DNA of 52,543 nt from a virus (lineage: Duplodnaviria; Caudoviricetes). Shown here piece after piece: positions 9,838 to 19,625 of this stretch. Under the pieces are notes generated by a model that was not told the origin of the DNA, made no database searches, and worked only from the letters and a program-made list of their open reading frames with translations. The DNA lies in IMG/VR virus record IMGVR_UViG_3300033145_003423, positions 1-52,543 of that record. One strand, 5' to 3'. Made by a program: the position numbers and the translations under genes. Every line of letters begins with the position of its first letter. Position 1 is the first letter of the stretch.

Positions 9838-10005
9838 GTGAAAAAAGATATAAATACAATTATTGATGAAATGCGAAAGGTCGCGGAGATAACTATAAGA
9901 GCAGCAGGCAATGGAGACCAGATTAATCTTGCGAATCTCACTAATATTATTGACTCATGGAGATTTAGCTTAGAGAAACTAACGCCGCATATAACGATTG
10001 AATAG
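9838..10005 (+). CDS. 55-aa hypothetical protein (not in ORF track)
   Basis: GTG after AAGGAG, open to TAG at 10003. Confidence 0.45.
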   Translation: MKKDINTIIDEMRKVAEITIRAAGNGDQINLANLTNIIDSWRFSLEKLTPHITIE

Positions 10006-10025
10006 ATGAAGGGAGAAGGAAACAA

Positions 10026-10289
10026 ATGAAAGATAGAAGTGTTGGCGAGATAGTAGACCAAGTGCTAAACGCTATACCAGATGAACATAAGCATTATTTT
10101 GATAAAGTGTTGGATGATTTACTTTATACTGCGCCTGAAGTTATAAATAACTGGTTTAACGAAAGGTTTTTAAGAACATTTAACAATGCTGTGCCTAATC
10201 CACCGATAGATGAATGGCATTTTAATGCAGTAGCCGCCCTAACTAGAAAAACCGTAGAACAGGTGCGTGAAGAATTTACAGTCTCTTAA
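10026..10289 (+). CDS. Hypothetical protein
   Basis: ORF with RBS; last + strand gene of the block. Confidence 0.5.
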   Translation: MKDRSVGEIVDQVLNAIPDEHKHYFDKVLDDLLYTAPEVINNWFNERFLRTFNNAVPNPPIDEWHFNAVAALTRKTVEQVREEFTVS

Positions 10290-10292
10290 CAC

Positions 10293-10335
10293 AAAAAACT
10301 CCCCGGTAGGCACAAGCTAACCGGGGAGTAATTTT
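10293..10335. terminator. Terminator at convergence of middle and late operons
   Basis: Stem ACTCCCCGGT/ACCGGGGAGT with A-tract left and T-rich right. Confidence 0.75.
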
Positions 10336-10336
10336 G

Positions 10337-10699
10337 TTATTTCCTTATAGCTTCAGCCCACTCTTCACCAAATGCATCTTTAAATGTCCTTAATGCTCCC
10401 TCAATCAGCCCTTTCACTTCATCAGGTGTTATCCTCAGTCCGTACTCCTTTGCCCTGTCAGCCAGCCATTCTGCCGCCTTGCCGTACTTATCCTGGCCAT
10501 GTAAGTCCTTGTAAGCCTGCTCAACAAACTTCACAGCAAGCATAGCTAATTCCTGCTTTGCGTTCAGCGCTATATCAGCCTGTTTCATCTTCTCCACGCC
10601 TATCCTTTGCCGTATAAGTTCCACAGCCAAAACAGCAAGACCAGCTCCCAGCAGTGCGAAAAATTCAAAGGCAAACTCTTTGATAATCTGTTCAAGCAT
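10337..10699 (-). CDS. Holin, LL-H-like
   Basis: N-terminal TM, AVxFVEQAY...GxDKYxxA...LIEGA. Confidence 0.8.
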   Translation of the reverse strand: MLEQIIKEFAFEFFALLGAGLAVLAVELIRQRIGVEKMKQADIALNAKQELAMLAVKFVEQAYKDLHGQDKYGKAAEWLADRAKEYGLRITPDEVKGLIEGALRTFKDAFGEEWAEAIRK

Positions 10700-10702
10700 C
10701 TA

Positions 10703-11329
10703 TTATCTCCTTTCATCAAGTCGTCTTAACATGGTGAAAAACAACCAATACGGAGGTTCGCCTTCCCCTAACCTGGGCTTCCAATATTCGGGGTTTTTTA
10801 TGATTCCCTCTTTAACCAAGTAGTCAATAGATTCCTCTCCCAGTTTTTTCATCCAAATTTCCAAATTATTTCCCTCCAATCTTTTGTACAGCTCCACCCA
10901 TGGGAAATTCTTCCCGGGGCAAGCAGTAGCCATCACATCTTTGTGACCAATCACCGGGATACCCGGATACCTGTTCCGGATATCTTTGATGAGCCAAATC
11001 ACAGAACTCAACTGCGCTTCAGTGGGCTTTCCCTCCATGAAGTTACCTATCAGGCAGATACCCAGGCCATCAGTGTTAGCCTCATGCTGTGCATCTTGCC
11101 AGGCATGAGCGCCCCTAGCCCATTCCGGCCTACCCTTATAGATGGTGCCATCCGGATAAATTACATAGTGATATCCCAGCCCACTCCATCCCTTGCCTTG
11201 ATGCCAACGGTGCATGTCCTGGATGGTAGTAGTTATAGAGCTGGCAGAATGATGTAGCACAATCCGTTCTGTCTTATACCGTTTCCTAAAAATCCCTTTA
11301 AATTGGATATTGGTCTTTATTGTTTTCAT
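10703..11329 (-). CDS. Endolysin, N-acetylmuramoyl-L-alanine amidase (Amidase_2/PGRP-like)
   Basis: IVLHHSA, GWSGLGYHY, GAH, GHKD...TACPG Zn ligands; start chosen at MKTIK. Confidence 0.92.
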   Translation of the reverse strand: MKTIKTNIQFKGIFRKRYKTERIVLHHSASSITTTIQDMHRWHQGKGWSGLGYHYVIYPDGTIYKGRPEWARGAHAWQDAQHEANTDGLGICLIGNFMEGKPTEAQLSSVIWLIKDIRNRYPGIPVIGHKDVMATACPGKNFPWVELYKRLEGNNLEIWMKKLGEESIDYLVKEGIIKNPEYWKPRLGEGEPPYWLFFTMLRRLDERR

Positions 11330-11816
11330 TACTTGTCTCCCCTCCTTCCTCAACTATCTGCTCCAGTTTTCTCTTACTAAACTTCTTCAACCACCGGAAC
11401 TCTTCAACCCCGGCTTCCAGGAAGTTCTCACAGGTACTTTCCAACTCCACAAAGAAAAATATTCCATATATAACGCTGGAAGCTACATAGGTGTATTCAT
11501 ACGGAAACTTCTCCATCTGGCAGGCAAACACGCACATAATGAAATAGGCAGGTATCTTAATCTTCGCTCCCTGAAACATCTTGTCCGATTGTATGTGTCC
11601 CTCTTTAATGGCCTTTACGAGCCCGCCATGTTGAGCAGATTCGGATACAAGCCTTGACAACAAGTCACAAGCTACCGCAATCCACAGAGCATAGAATGCA
11701 GGACCCGGGCCTATCAAGTAAGTAATCGCACCCACAAAAAAGCCCCCCAGCCACGCTAGAGGGTTAGTGAGGGCGTTCATGCCTATCTTCCCGAAGGAAG
11801 CTAAAAATTCGGTCAT
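11298..11816 (-). CDS. Holin (toxin-secretion/phage lysis type)
   Basis: Several TM segments, S.KMFxG..K and ExxSxxENxxxAG motifs; adjacent to endolysin. Confidence 0.75.
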   Translation of the reverse strand: MTEFLASFGKIGMNALTNPLAWLGGFFVGAITYLIGPGPAFYALWIAVACDLLSRLVSESAQHGGLVKAIKEGHIQSDKMFQGAKIKIPAYFIMCVFACQMEKFPYEYTYVASSVIYGIFFFVELESTCENFLEAGVEEFRWLKKFSKRKLEQIVEEGGETSNENNKDQYPI

Positions 11817-12017
11817 TGTCAAACCTCCCGTCTCCAATAAAAAAGAGCCTCCCGGCTCACTTCTTCACGTGAATCTTGCTCATATCAATAGGCACCACTC
11901 CTTGAAATTGCGCATAAAAAAAAAGCGGGGTTTTGCGCCCGCTTGATTACTTTTTTAGTTCTGTTCACTTCATTTAATATAATAAGAGTAGACTAACTAG
12001 TTTAAGGAAGTTGTATA

Positions 12018-12095
12018 ATGAAAATTAAACAAATAATTAAACCTGCATTAGTGTTTGTTGTCCTTTATTGGTTGTGGCAATTGGTTACGCTGTAA
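12018..12095 (+). CDS. 25-aa hydrophobic peptide (not in ORF track)
   Basis: MKIKQIIKPALVFVVLYWLWQLVTL; AAGGA RBS; opposite to late operon. Confidence 0.4.
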   Translation: MKIKQIIKPALVFVVLYWLWQLVTL

Positions 12096-12359
12096 TTATT
12101 TATCCTTGTACCAATATTTAGGCGCTTCAGCAATGCAATAAGCCAAGATTGTCAAAAAACCAACTCCTAAAACGTAAGCGCAAATATAAAGCACACTCCA
12201 ATCTCGTCCCGTGTACCAGCTCCATACAGCCACTATAGAAAACAGCGCAATGAACATTCTTCCATAAAGTGTCTCCTTAGCAGTAAGCCAACGCTCTATC
12301 ACTATGCTCATTTTATCTACAAACCGAAACCAGCGACTCCTTTCTTTTTCAACATCCAC
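12096..12359 (-). CDS. Small two-TM membrane protein (moron-like)
   Basis: Two hydrophobic helices; AT-rich upstream region. Confidence 0.55.
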   Translation of the reverse strand: MDVEKERSRWFRFVDKMSIVIERWLTAKETLYGRMFIALFSIVAVWSWYTGRDWSVLYICAYVLGVGFLTILAYCIAEAPKYWYKDK

Positions 12360-12419
12360 AAACTCACCTTCTTTCTATTTACAATATACTCGAAAGCTTA
12401 CAAAAGATGAAATTTACTA

Positions 12420-15400
12420 TTATTGGCTTCTAAGCACATCCATATCTCGCGGATGCACTTTACCACTTTTAGCATTATATCGTATGCCTCTGTTTTCCAA
12501 AACATAATCCTTGCCCATGCGCCCAGCATCGGTTAATACACTCATCATGCGTTTAATCTTTTCTTCATCAGATAGGTGTGGCGATATTCTCCCAAATCCC
12601 TTCATGGTTTCCTCACCCATAACCCTCTGCATCTCAACATACTCATCTGCCGTTAAAACGACCTTTTGCCCTGATACGGTGAAATACTTCCTAACTGAAC
12701 GCGGAACATGCTTAGTCTCGCCGGTGTTATTGAAAACTTCAATAACCATTTGAGCTTCAGGAGTAGGGTTATACCGACTCTGGAAAGACGGCATAAGGTA
12801 GACATTTAACGGATTCTTATTGCTTGACCAAATATCCTCATTTTGATACGTAGTCCGTGGTTTACCCAAAGTATCATACTGTTGTGGCAGGCTATAGCTT
12901 ACGCCAGGTATTCTGCCTACTGCACGATTTACCATCTGTTTACCCCAATTCGGGTCATAACTAGAACGTGCTGCTTCATCAGTTGACTGCTTGGTTTGGT
13001 TGAGAATTGTCGGTACAAAGGAAGATAGAACACCTTTTAGCACATTGATTATGCCTGTGCCTAATCCTCCACCGCCCATGAGAGTTTCCACTCCTTGCAT
13101 TAAGGGTTGTTCAGCAAATGCATTAACCCCTTCACCAAAGGCCATCGCCATTGTACCGAGCAAACCCATAGCATCTGTAGCGTTATTGTCAATTTCTGCT
13201 CCTAGCATTATCGGTAACGCAAATGGCTGGAACCAGTCGTAAGTAACGAGCATGTCATTCTTCTGCACCTTCGCTTTTTCGGGGTCAAATCCACTTAGCA
13301 CAAAGCGTTTTAAGCCGGAAGCATTAATCTTATATGCTCCAAGCCCCGCCTGTTTGTTTAGCTTCTCAATATCCCAATCTGAAGAAGGTTTACCGCTTAG
13401 AATTCCCAGCTTATGAAGAACTGCACCTGTGCCTGCCAATGAAGTAGAACCAACCAATGCCCTAGAAAATGATTCTACAAAAGCCTTCTGATTAAACTTT
13501 ACACCCATTAAAGGCTTGCTTGCTTCAAAGATTGTTCTTGCAAATCCTGCAGGAGAATAAGCAAATCCCCTATTTATTAAGTTTGCCGGAGTCTTGGGGT
13601 ATTTGATTATGAAATCACCGGCACCAAATTCCTTGTCCATGTTCAATAGTCGCTTCAGGCCCGAGAACAGGTTGCTCAAAGCGTTGTCGTCCTGGAATGT
13701 GCGATAAAGCCCTGTATATGTAGCAATTTCCTCTGCCGCTTCCGCGTCTAACTCTCTGCCATTCATTTCAGCAAGCTTAATTTCTTGCCTCATAGCATCC
13801 TCATAAGCCGCCTCAAAGAAGGCCCTATCCGTTGCTCTTAGCTCAACGCCCAAAGCCTTCTCAGCTTTAGCCAAACCCCTCTCAATAACGCTATCAGCAT
13901 CCGATTTAAAAGTTGGTTGTCTGCTTAGCTCAAACTTGTTCATAGCGGCAGGGCCAGTATCTATGCCGCGTATAGCATCTTCATAACCCTCTCTTAGTCC
14001 CTGTTTAAATCCGCTTGTTTGTGCGTTAAAGGAGGGTATCAGTTTAGATCGTTGCCCTGTGAATTTCGATACCATTTTATCAACGCCAACCCCGACAACA
14101 TCACTTGCGACCTCACCAGCGGCAAAGCCAGTATTGCCGATGATATTTCTCATAGCTGTTTTAGGGTTCAGCAATTGCCCCATAGTGTGAACAGTGGATA
14201 CCTTCTTTAAGAATGAAGATGGTACTTGTCCATCAATATAATTCAACAGTTGTTTGGTCGCTACTAGCTTTTCCCGGCCTTCAGGCATGGTTTCTATTCG
14301 CTTCATTTCCTTCGCTACCTTTTCAGCTACATCGGGAGCAAGTTTCAAATCGCCTTTTCTTCCAGCCTTTTTCAGTGCATCATTAGCCCTGTCAATTGTC
14401 TTTTGAGTATATTTCAGCATACCTTCAGGGGTCATTTTACCCCAAAGGCTTAGAGACTGGATGGCCTGCCCCTGAGTAGTGGATTTCTGAGATATACCCT
14501 CTAAAATGTCTATAGCCTCGTCATATTTGCCTTCTGTATTGGCCTTTTGAACTAATCTCAAAGCCACCGTATTTGAAAGAGCGTTTCCCGGTTCTTCTCT
14601 GACCAATCGTCTTGCGGCTTCAATATCCTCTGCAATCAACTTTTCAGCTTGTGCAATAGTTTCTTTGTTGGTGATAGCATCATAAGCCCCACGCTTTCCG
14701 GGAGCCATTTCGTTAATTAATCCCTTTTGCATTTCAGGAGATACCCAATCAGACCCAGCAGAAGTCACCCCGAGGCTTCTAACCTTCTGCCCATTGCCCA
14801 GCGTCTCCATTTTTTCAGGAACTTCAATCCTTTTCGCCCCTCTGCCCAATTCCTGTCCCTTGAAAGGCTTTCCGAGATTTTCAGGAGCAATTGCATTACC
14901 GGGTTTAATTCCGCTTGTCTGTGGGGATTCTAGAGAAGTGTTTCTTGTCACACCCTTGCCGAGAGGTTGCGCCTCGTTGGTTTTAGGCAATATTGCATAA
15001 TGATTAGTCCCGTTTTCTGCATATCGCATAGCATCATAACCATTTTTTTGCATCCATTCTACAAATTCATGAGCAGAAGCATCATTCTCCCTATAACTGC
15101 GAAGGAGTTTCCAAGGTTCAAGGATGTCCGATTCATCCGTTGTTTTATTAACTACAAACTGACGTTCAATGTCATTAAATCGTTTCCACTTGGGAGCATT
15201 TATATTTTCACCTTTGGTGTATTTAGGAATTGGCGAACCTTCAGCCTTCAATAAATCATTTATCACATCGTTCCATTTAGGCGTTTCACCTAACTCGCTT
15301 AAATCCAATACCTTTGTTGGAGAAATAGAATATTCTTTTACATTCCCTTCACCTGTCGGCTTTCTTCCCACTAATGTTTCAAAGGTTTTCTCCGCTTCTT

Positions 15401-17042
15401 GTCTATTTTTCCCTGTGGCTTCCATTATCCCGATAACGTCTTGTTCGTCTTGGCTGGCATATAATTTGGCCACATCGGATGATTCGGTATAATATTCAAC
15501 ATCTAGTGGCTTATACTTTGCTTTTGGCTTCTCACCTTTAGTTTTGCTTAGCACTTCGTCAAATGTTTGCATTCTTGTTAAATTAGCGTCCTTGGCGTTT
15601 TCTCCCGAAGCGTAACCACGATAAACCTTGATTTCAGGTGTTTTTGACCTTGTCACACCTTTGCCGAGATGAAAATTATCCTGTAATCCTATTTGATATT
15701 CTGGTTGTAAAAGTTTTTCTTGCTCTGCTCTTAATTCAGCAATGGCTTGATCTTTTTCAACATAAGAATATTCTTTATTGGCATTTATCTCTTGTATTAC
15801 CTTTTCAAGATTCTCCCATTCTGTTTTTATAGGTCTATTTAATTGCAATTCTTTTTCCAAACGTAAAAACTCAGTATTAGCAGGAATAGGAGTACCATCA
15901 AAATGTTCTGTGCCATTTTGCAAATTCTTTATAGCAAGCTTTTTATACTGTTCGACAGTTGGTTTTCTTCCTGCCGGATATTTTTCGCTGGCATTACTTT
16001 TATATAAATCTTGATACCATTTAGGATTAAGACTCTTTCTACCCCAAGCGGTAACAACACTGCCTTCAGAATCCCTACCTAAGCCACTTTGCATTACACC
16101 CTGTCCACTTTCGCTTTTAAGCCGCTCAATCTCTCCTGCCACTAATTGCCAATAACGATTATTTTTTGGTAAAGTAGTGTTTTTTTGCTCAATGCCAATA
16201 GGCTTCTCTGCGATAGGTGCTTCAGTTAAGCCGCTTTCAAAAGGACGAAAAGGCTTTGCTTCTCTTAACTCAACATTAGTTTCAGGTTTTTTAAGCTTGT
16301 CAACAGCCCTACTTGCACCCTTACCCAATGCCTTACTGCCAGCCTTTAACCCTGTGCCGCCTAAACGCATAACCCCCTCACCACCAGCCCAATAAGCCGC
16401 CCATTCAGGGAAAGGTATCCTCTCGCCTTCGGGTTTAGGGGCTTCCATCATCATCCATGTATTCACCATGTCAGGTGTGGTTTTTGTCGCTCCACCCGCA
16501 ACCTTACCAATTGTTTTGCCACCTAACGCCTTTTCTATGGCAGTACCGGCCTTTTCTATTTTGGGCGCAAGTCCTGCCGCCCTAGTTATCCCGCCAGATA
16601 TAGCCAATGAAGGGATAAACTCCGCTATTTCCCCGGCAACATTTTCTGCCGTAGTACCCTTTAAGCCTATAGCATCGCGTATCGGCTTAGTGGTTTCATT
16701 AAACAATTTCTCATGTCCCTTAGATCGTTTAAACGGCTCATACTCCGGGCCACCCAAAAGGCTCACAATAGCATCATGCGGTTGCAATACAAGGTCAGTA
16801 GCCAATGCGCCTATTTGAGTAGCACCCCGACCTAAACCCAATCCTGCCGCCCCTGCTAATCGCCTTGCCGGACCTACTTCCGGTTCACCCGTAATCTGCA
16901 TGTCCATGTTATGATAATTTGCCATATCGGGCGTAAGTTTCTTGTAAGTTGGTGCAGTTTTTTTAGATGAAGTTGTGAAGTCAAAGCCTGTTTTTTTAAG
17001 TTCCTCCCGATTTGCTTTACCACCTGTGAAATCAAATGACAT
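12420..17042 (-). CDS. Large internal virion/ejection (polyvalent) protein with ADP-ribosyltransferase-like module
   Basis: 1540 aa, last of three ejection-type genes; internal VYRG...YYT...AxxYA...GYDAxxY module; helical conserved-looking C-terminal region. Confidence 0.7.
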   Translation of the reverse strand: MSFDFTGGKANREELKKTGFDFTTSSKKTAPTYKKLTPDMANYHNMDMQITGEPEVGPARRLAGAAGLGLGRGATQIGALATDLVLQPHDAIVSLLGGPEYEPFKRSKGHEKLFNETTKPIRDAIGLKGTTAENVAGEIAEFIPSLAISGGITRAAGLAPKIEKAGTAIEKALGGKTIGKVAGGATKTTPDMVNTWMMMEAPKPEGERIPFPEWAAYWAGGEGVMRLGGTGLKAGSKALGKGASRAVDKLKKPETNVELREAKPFRPFESGLTEAPIAEKPIGIEQKNTTLPKNNRYWQLVAGEIERLKSESGQGVMQSGLGRDSEGSVVTAWGRKSLNPKWYQDLYKSNASEKYPAGRKPTVEQYKKLAIKNLQNGTEHFDGTPIPANTEFLRLEKELQLNRPIKTEWENLEKVIQEINANKEYSYVEKDQAIAELRAEQEKLLQPEYQIGLQDNFHLGKGVTRSKTPEIKVYRGYASGENAKDANLTRMQTFDEVLSKTKGEKPKAKYKPLDVEYYTESSDVAKLYASQDEQDVIGIMEATGKNRQEAEKTFETLVGRKPTGEGNVKEYSISPTKVLDLSELGETPKWNDVINDLLKAEGSPIPKYTKGENINAPKWKRFNDIERQFVVNKTTDESDILEPWKLLRSYRENDASAHEFVEWMQKNGYDAMRYAENGTNHYAILPKTNEAQPLGKGVTRNTSLESPQTSGIKPGNAIAPENLGKPFKGQELGRGAKRIEVPEKMETLGNGQKVRSLGVTSAGSDWVSPEMQKGLINEMAPGKRGAYDAITNKETIAQAEKLIAEDIEAARRLVREEPGNALSNTVALRLVQKANTEGKYDEAIDILEGISQKSTTQGQAIQSLSLWGKMTPEGMLKYTQKTIDRANDALKKAGRKGDLKLAPDVAEKVAKEMKRIETMPEGREKLVATKQLLNYIDGQVPSSFLKKVSTVHTMGQLLNPKTAMRNIIGNTGFAAGEVASDVVGVGVDKMVSKFTGQRSKLIPSFNAQTSGFKQGLREGYEDAIRGIDTGPAAMNKFELSRQPTFKSDADSVIERGLAKAEKALGVELRATDRAFFEAAYEDAMRQEIKLAEMNGRELDAEAAEEIATYTGLYRTFQDDNALSNLFSGLKRLLNMDKEFGAGDFIIKYPKTPANLINRGFAYSPAGFARTIFEASKPLMGVKFNQKAFVESFSRALVGSTSLAGTGAVLHKLGILSGKPSSDWDIEKLNKQAGLGAYKINASGLKRFVLSGFDPEKAKVQKNDMLVTYDWFQPFALPIMLGAEIDNNATDAMGLLGTMAMAFGEGVNAFAEQPLMQGVETLMGGGGLGTGIINVLKGVLSSFVPTILNQTKQSTDEAARSSYDPNWGKQMVNRAVGRIPGVSYSLPQQYDTLGKPRTTYQNEDIWSSNKNPLNVYLMPSFQSRYNPTPEAQMVIEVFNNTGETKHVPRSVRKYFTVSGQKVVLTADEYVEMQRVMGEETMKGFGRISPHLSDEEKIKRMMSVLTDAGRMGKDYVLENRGIRYNAKSGKVHPRDMDVLRSQ

Positions 17043-17053
17043 CTTATCACCGC

Positions 17054-17776
17054 CTACCTATATTGTCCCCCCGGAAGAATTGCATCAATGAATCTTTGTC
17101 CGCCCGACCTAGCTTGCAGTCTTTTCTTCTCTATTTCCTCAGGAGTCATTTGTTCTTCTTCTCTTTGTTCTGCAGGATAAATGGAGTCAAGATAAAAAAT
17201 AACATCGTCTATATTAACCCCTTCAGAAGTCAATGCTCCTGCGCTATTATAAATATTGTTATAAATTTCGTCATAACTCAGACCTAAGTTAACTGCTTTG
17301 CCAACCGCATCTAGCGCTTGTCCTTTGGATTGGTTTACTCTTTCGGTTACAGTAGATGGTACATTAGGGGCAGATTCCCCACTATATGAGTTACCATTAG
17401 ATGGACCCCCACTCGAAGGAATCAAACTTCTTACCACTTTATCAGCATACATTTGATTCTCGTAAGTGGGCTGTCCAGCTATAGGGCCCAAAGTATTCTG
17501 CAAACCCACCATGTTCAAATAATCCATGTTAGGCACTTTACCGCTTAAATTCGTATAAGCGTTTACTTTATTGAGAGCATTGTTTATATCCATCTGCTCT
17601 TTTTGCATGGTTCGCATTGGCTGATTAGCCTGTCCGCCCGCCATTTCTTTCATGCCCTGAAGATAACTGCCTGCCATAGACTTAGCGCTTTCAAGCATAC
17701 TTCGTGCCTGTTGTTGCGATTGAGTTTGATAATTCTGTGCGATCTTATTTGCTGAAGTAGGCAATAATGAACTCAT
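17054..17776 (-). CDS. Putative ejection/internal virion protein
   Basis: Q/N/M-rich, position upstream of large ejection protein. Confidence 0.55.
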   Translation of the reverse strand: MSSLLPTSANKIAQNYQTQSQQQARSMLESAKSMAGSYLQGMKEMAGGQANQPMRTMQKEQMDINNALNKVNAYTNLSGKVPNMDYLNMVGLQNTLGPIAGQPTYENQMYADKVVRSLIPSSGGPSNGNSYSGESAPNVPSTVTERVNQSKGQALDAVGKAVNLGLSYDEIYNNIYNSAGALTSEGVNIDDVIFYLDSIYPAEQREEEQMTPEEIEKKRLQARSGGQRFIDAILPGGQYR

Positions 17777-17788
17777 ATCTTCACCCCC

Positions 17789-19015
17789 TTAAAGGTAATT
17801 ATAGATTCTATCAGGTAAACCGCTTAACGAAGAATAATCGTATGATTGCTGTTGTGGTTGTGGTTGTGCTGCACCAATAGTACCGAAGTTAGCCAACGTG
17901 TCGTTAGCATAACCCTGTGCAAGCAGTGCATTCCTGTATGCATCATCAGAAATAAACCTAGCTTCATCAATCTGTCCATTCAATGCTGCTAACCCAAGAT
18001 TTAAAACCTGCTGCTCCCAACGCTGCTGTGCTGCCAATGATTGGCTTTGCTGATTCTGATAAGCGTTATTAGCCAAACCACCTAATGTATTTGCAAACTC
18101 AGCATCACGCAAAGCGTTTGAAGTGGCATACTTATTATAAATCTTAGCCGCTTCGATTTCGTTCATATCCGAGTTATAGACACCTCTCGAAGCAAGATTT
18201 TCCTTTAATGCATTAATATCATTTGCCTTGTTGGTGTTAGCAATATCAGTCTGATAATCCTGTAGTGGTGCCATTTGGTCTCTAAATTGCTGTAAGATAT
18301 CGTCATAATTAGGTGTCTCAATATCTGGTTTCTGCATATATGGTTCTGCCCACGCCATAAATTCGTTCCAAACATCTTCCACTTGTTGGGGATTATAAGC
18401 CATCTGTTGTTGTCCTTGTGGTTGCATGGGCTGTTGTATAGGTGGTGCCGCAGGAAGCTGTAAACCATTATACCACTCTGAAAAAGCTGAACTTTCAGAA
18501 TCATCAACAGACTTTCTTGTTGAACTGGGCAAAGTGCCATAATCAGGCAAAGCCCCTGAAAACTCATCATACGCAAGTGGTCTGTCAGTAGCAGCAGGTG
18601 CAAGCCCTATACTTGATAAATTTGAATTCGCCTGTTGCTGATAACTTTCAGGCAGATTAGTAAACCAATTTGGGTCATAGCTTGTTATTTGACTTGGACT
18701 AAAACCAGTAGTGTTACCAACGTTGTTATTGTCTCTACTTGCGGGTGCATTCCATCTTCCAGTAGTAGGGTTGTAAGTTTCTCCTGTCCCCGCTTTCGCG
18801 TCCACGACATACTGGTGAGCAGCATCCTTACCGGCTTGGCCTAAAGTTGACCATTTTTCTTGGGCATCCTTGACACTAGAGAAAGTATATGTCTTTGATT
18901 TCGATTTTGATTTTGACGAAGAACTAGTACTAGAGCTACTATTAGTTTTCTTTTTCGGTGGTGTCCCAAAATGATCTATACCTTTGTTGTCTTTATACCA
19001 TGTTGCTCTTGCCAA
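17789..19015 (-). CDS. Putative ejection/internal virion protein
   Basis: Low complexity S/Q/A-rich, LASRGxYNS motif, position. Confidence 0.55.
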   Translation of the reverse strand: MARATWYKDNKGIDHFGTPPKKKTNSSSSTSSSSKSKSKSKTYTFSSVKDAQEKWSTLGQAGKDAAHQYVVDAKAGTGETYNPTTGRWNAPASRDNNNVGNTTGFSPSQITSYDPNWFTNLPESYQQQANSNLSSIGLAPAATDRPLAYDEFSGALPDYGTLPSSTRKSVDDSESSAFSEWYNGLQLPAAPPIQQPMQPQGQQQMAYNPQQVEDVWNEFMAWAEPYMQKPDIETPNYDDILQQFRDQMAPLQDYQTDIANTNKANDINALKENLASRGVYNSDMNEIEAAKIYNKYATSNALRDAEFANTLGGLANNAYQNQQSQSLAAQQRWEQQVLNLGLAALNGQIDEARFISDDAYRNALLAQGYANDTLANFGTIGAAQPQPQQQSYDYSSLSGLPDRIYNYL

Positions 19016-19036
19016 TTAAATCAACTCCTTTCTTTC

Positions 19037-19201
19037 TTACTTAGCCGCCACTGGTTCTAGTTCAGTTAGTCTACTTTTAACTTCCACCATGTCTGCCCGT
19101 GATTCGCCTAATCCTGTTTCAAGGGTCTTTATCCTCTTTTTCAAATCATATATTTCCTTATCCCGTGGGTCTTTGGGTGTAATCTCAACTTTAAGAGACA
19201 T
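19037..19201 (-). CDS. 54-aa coiled-coil protein, possible fibre chaperone (not in ORF track)
   Basis: MSLKVEITPKDPRDKEIYDLKKRIKTLE...; overlaps upstream gene stop. Confidence 0.55.
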   Translation of the reverse strand: MSLKVEITPKDPRDKEIYDLKKRIKTLETGLGESRADMVEVKSRLTELEPVAAK

Positions 19202-19613
19202 TCTCTTCCACCTCCACGCTGACGTTAAAAGGATAGTACCCTTCGCCGTTAATGCTTATATCTATTATCTGCGGTATTTCGCATGTCAATTCTATCTGTA
19301 ATACGCCATTTTCAGGTTGTAGATTATAACGAGTACCTTCTATTTCAACGTCCAAAAATGAATCTTCGGTTGTTAATAGACCATCCTCGTGGTCACAACA
19401 ATTAAAGTTCAATGTAATAGTTCCCACATAATAGGGCGACTGAGTATCTAAGACAATTTGTTTATCAATCAAATAAGGATAATACGGTATTTTAATGTCA
19501 GATGGGATATCATCGCCTTCAAATGGGCTTATAACTTGAATATCATCACTTAACAATACTTTTGCATCTCTACTTGTTTTATCGTGTGGGTTGTGGAAAA
19601 ATAATCTTTGCAA
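19191..19613 (-). CDS. Tail-associated hypothetical protein
   Basis: Directly downstream of fibre gene. Confidence 0.5.
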   Translation of the reverse strand: MQRLFFHNPHDKTSRDAKVLLSDDIQVISPFEGDDIPSDIKIPYYPYLIDKQIVLDTQSPYYVGTITLNFNCCDHEDGLLTTEDSFLDVEIEGTRYNLQPENGVLQIELTCEIPQIIDISINGEGYYPFNVSVEVEENVS

Positions 19614-19625
19614 AACATCACCACC

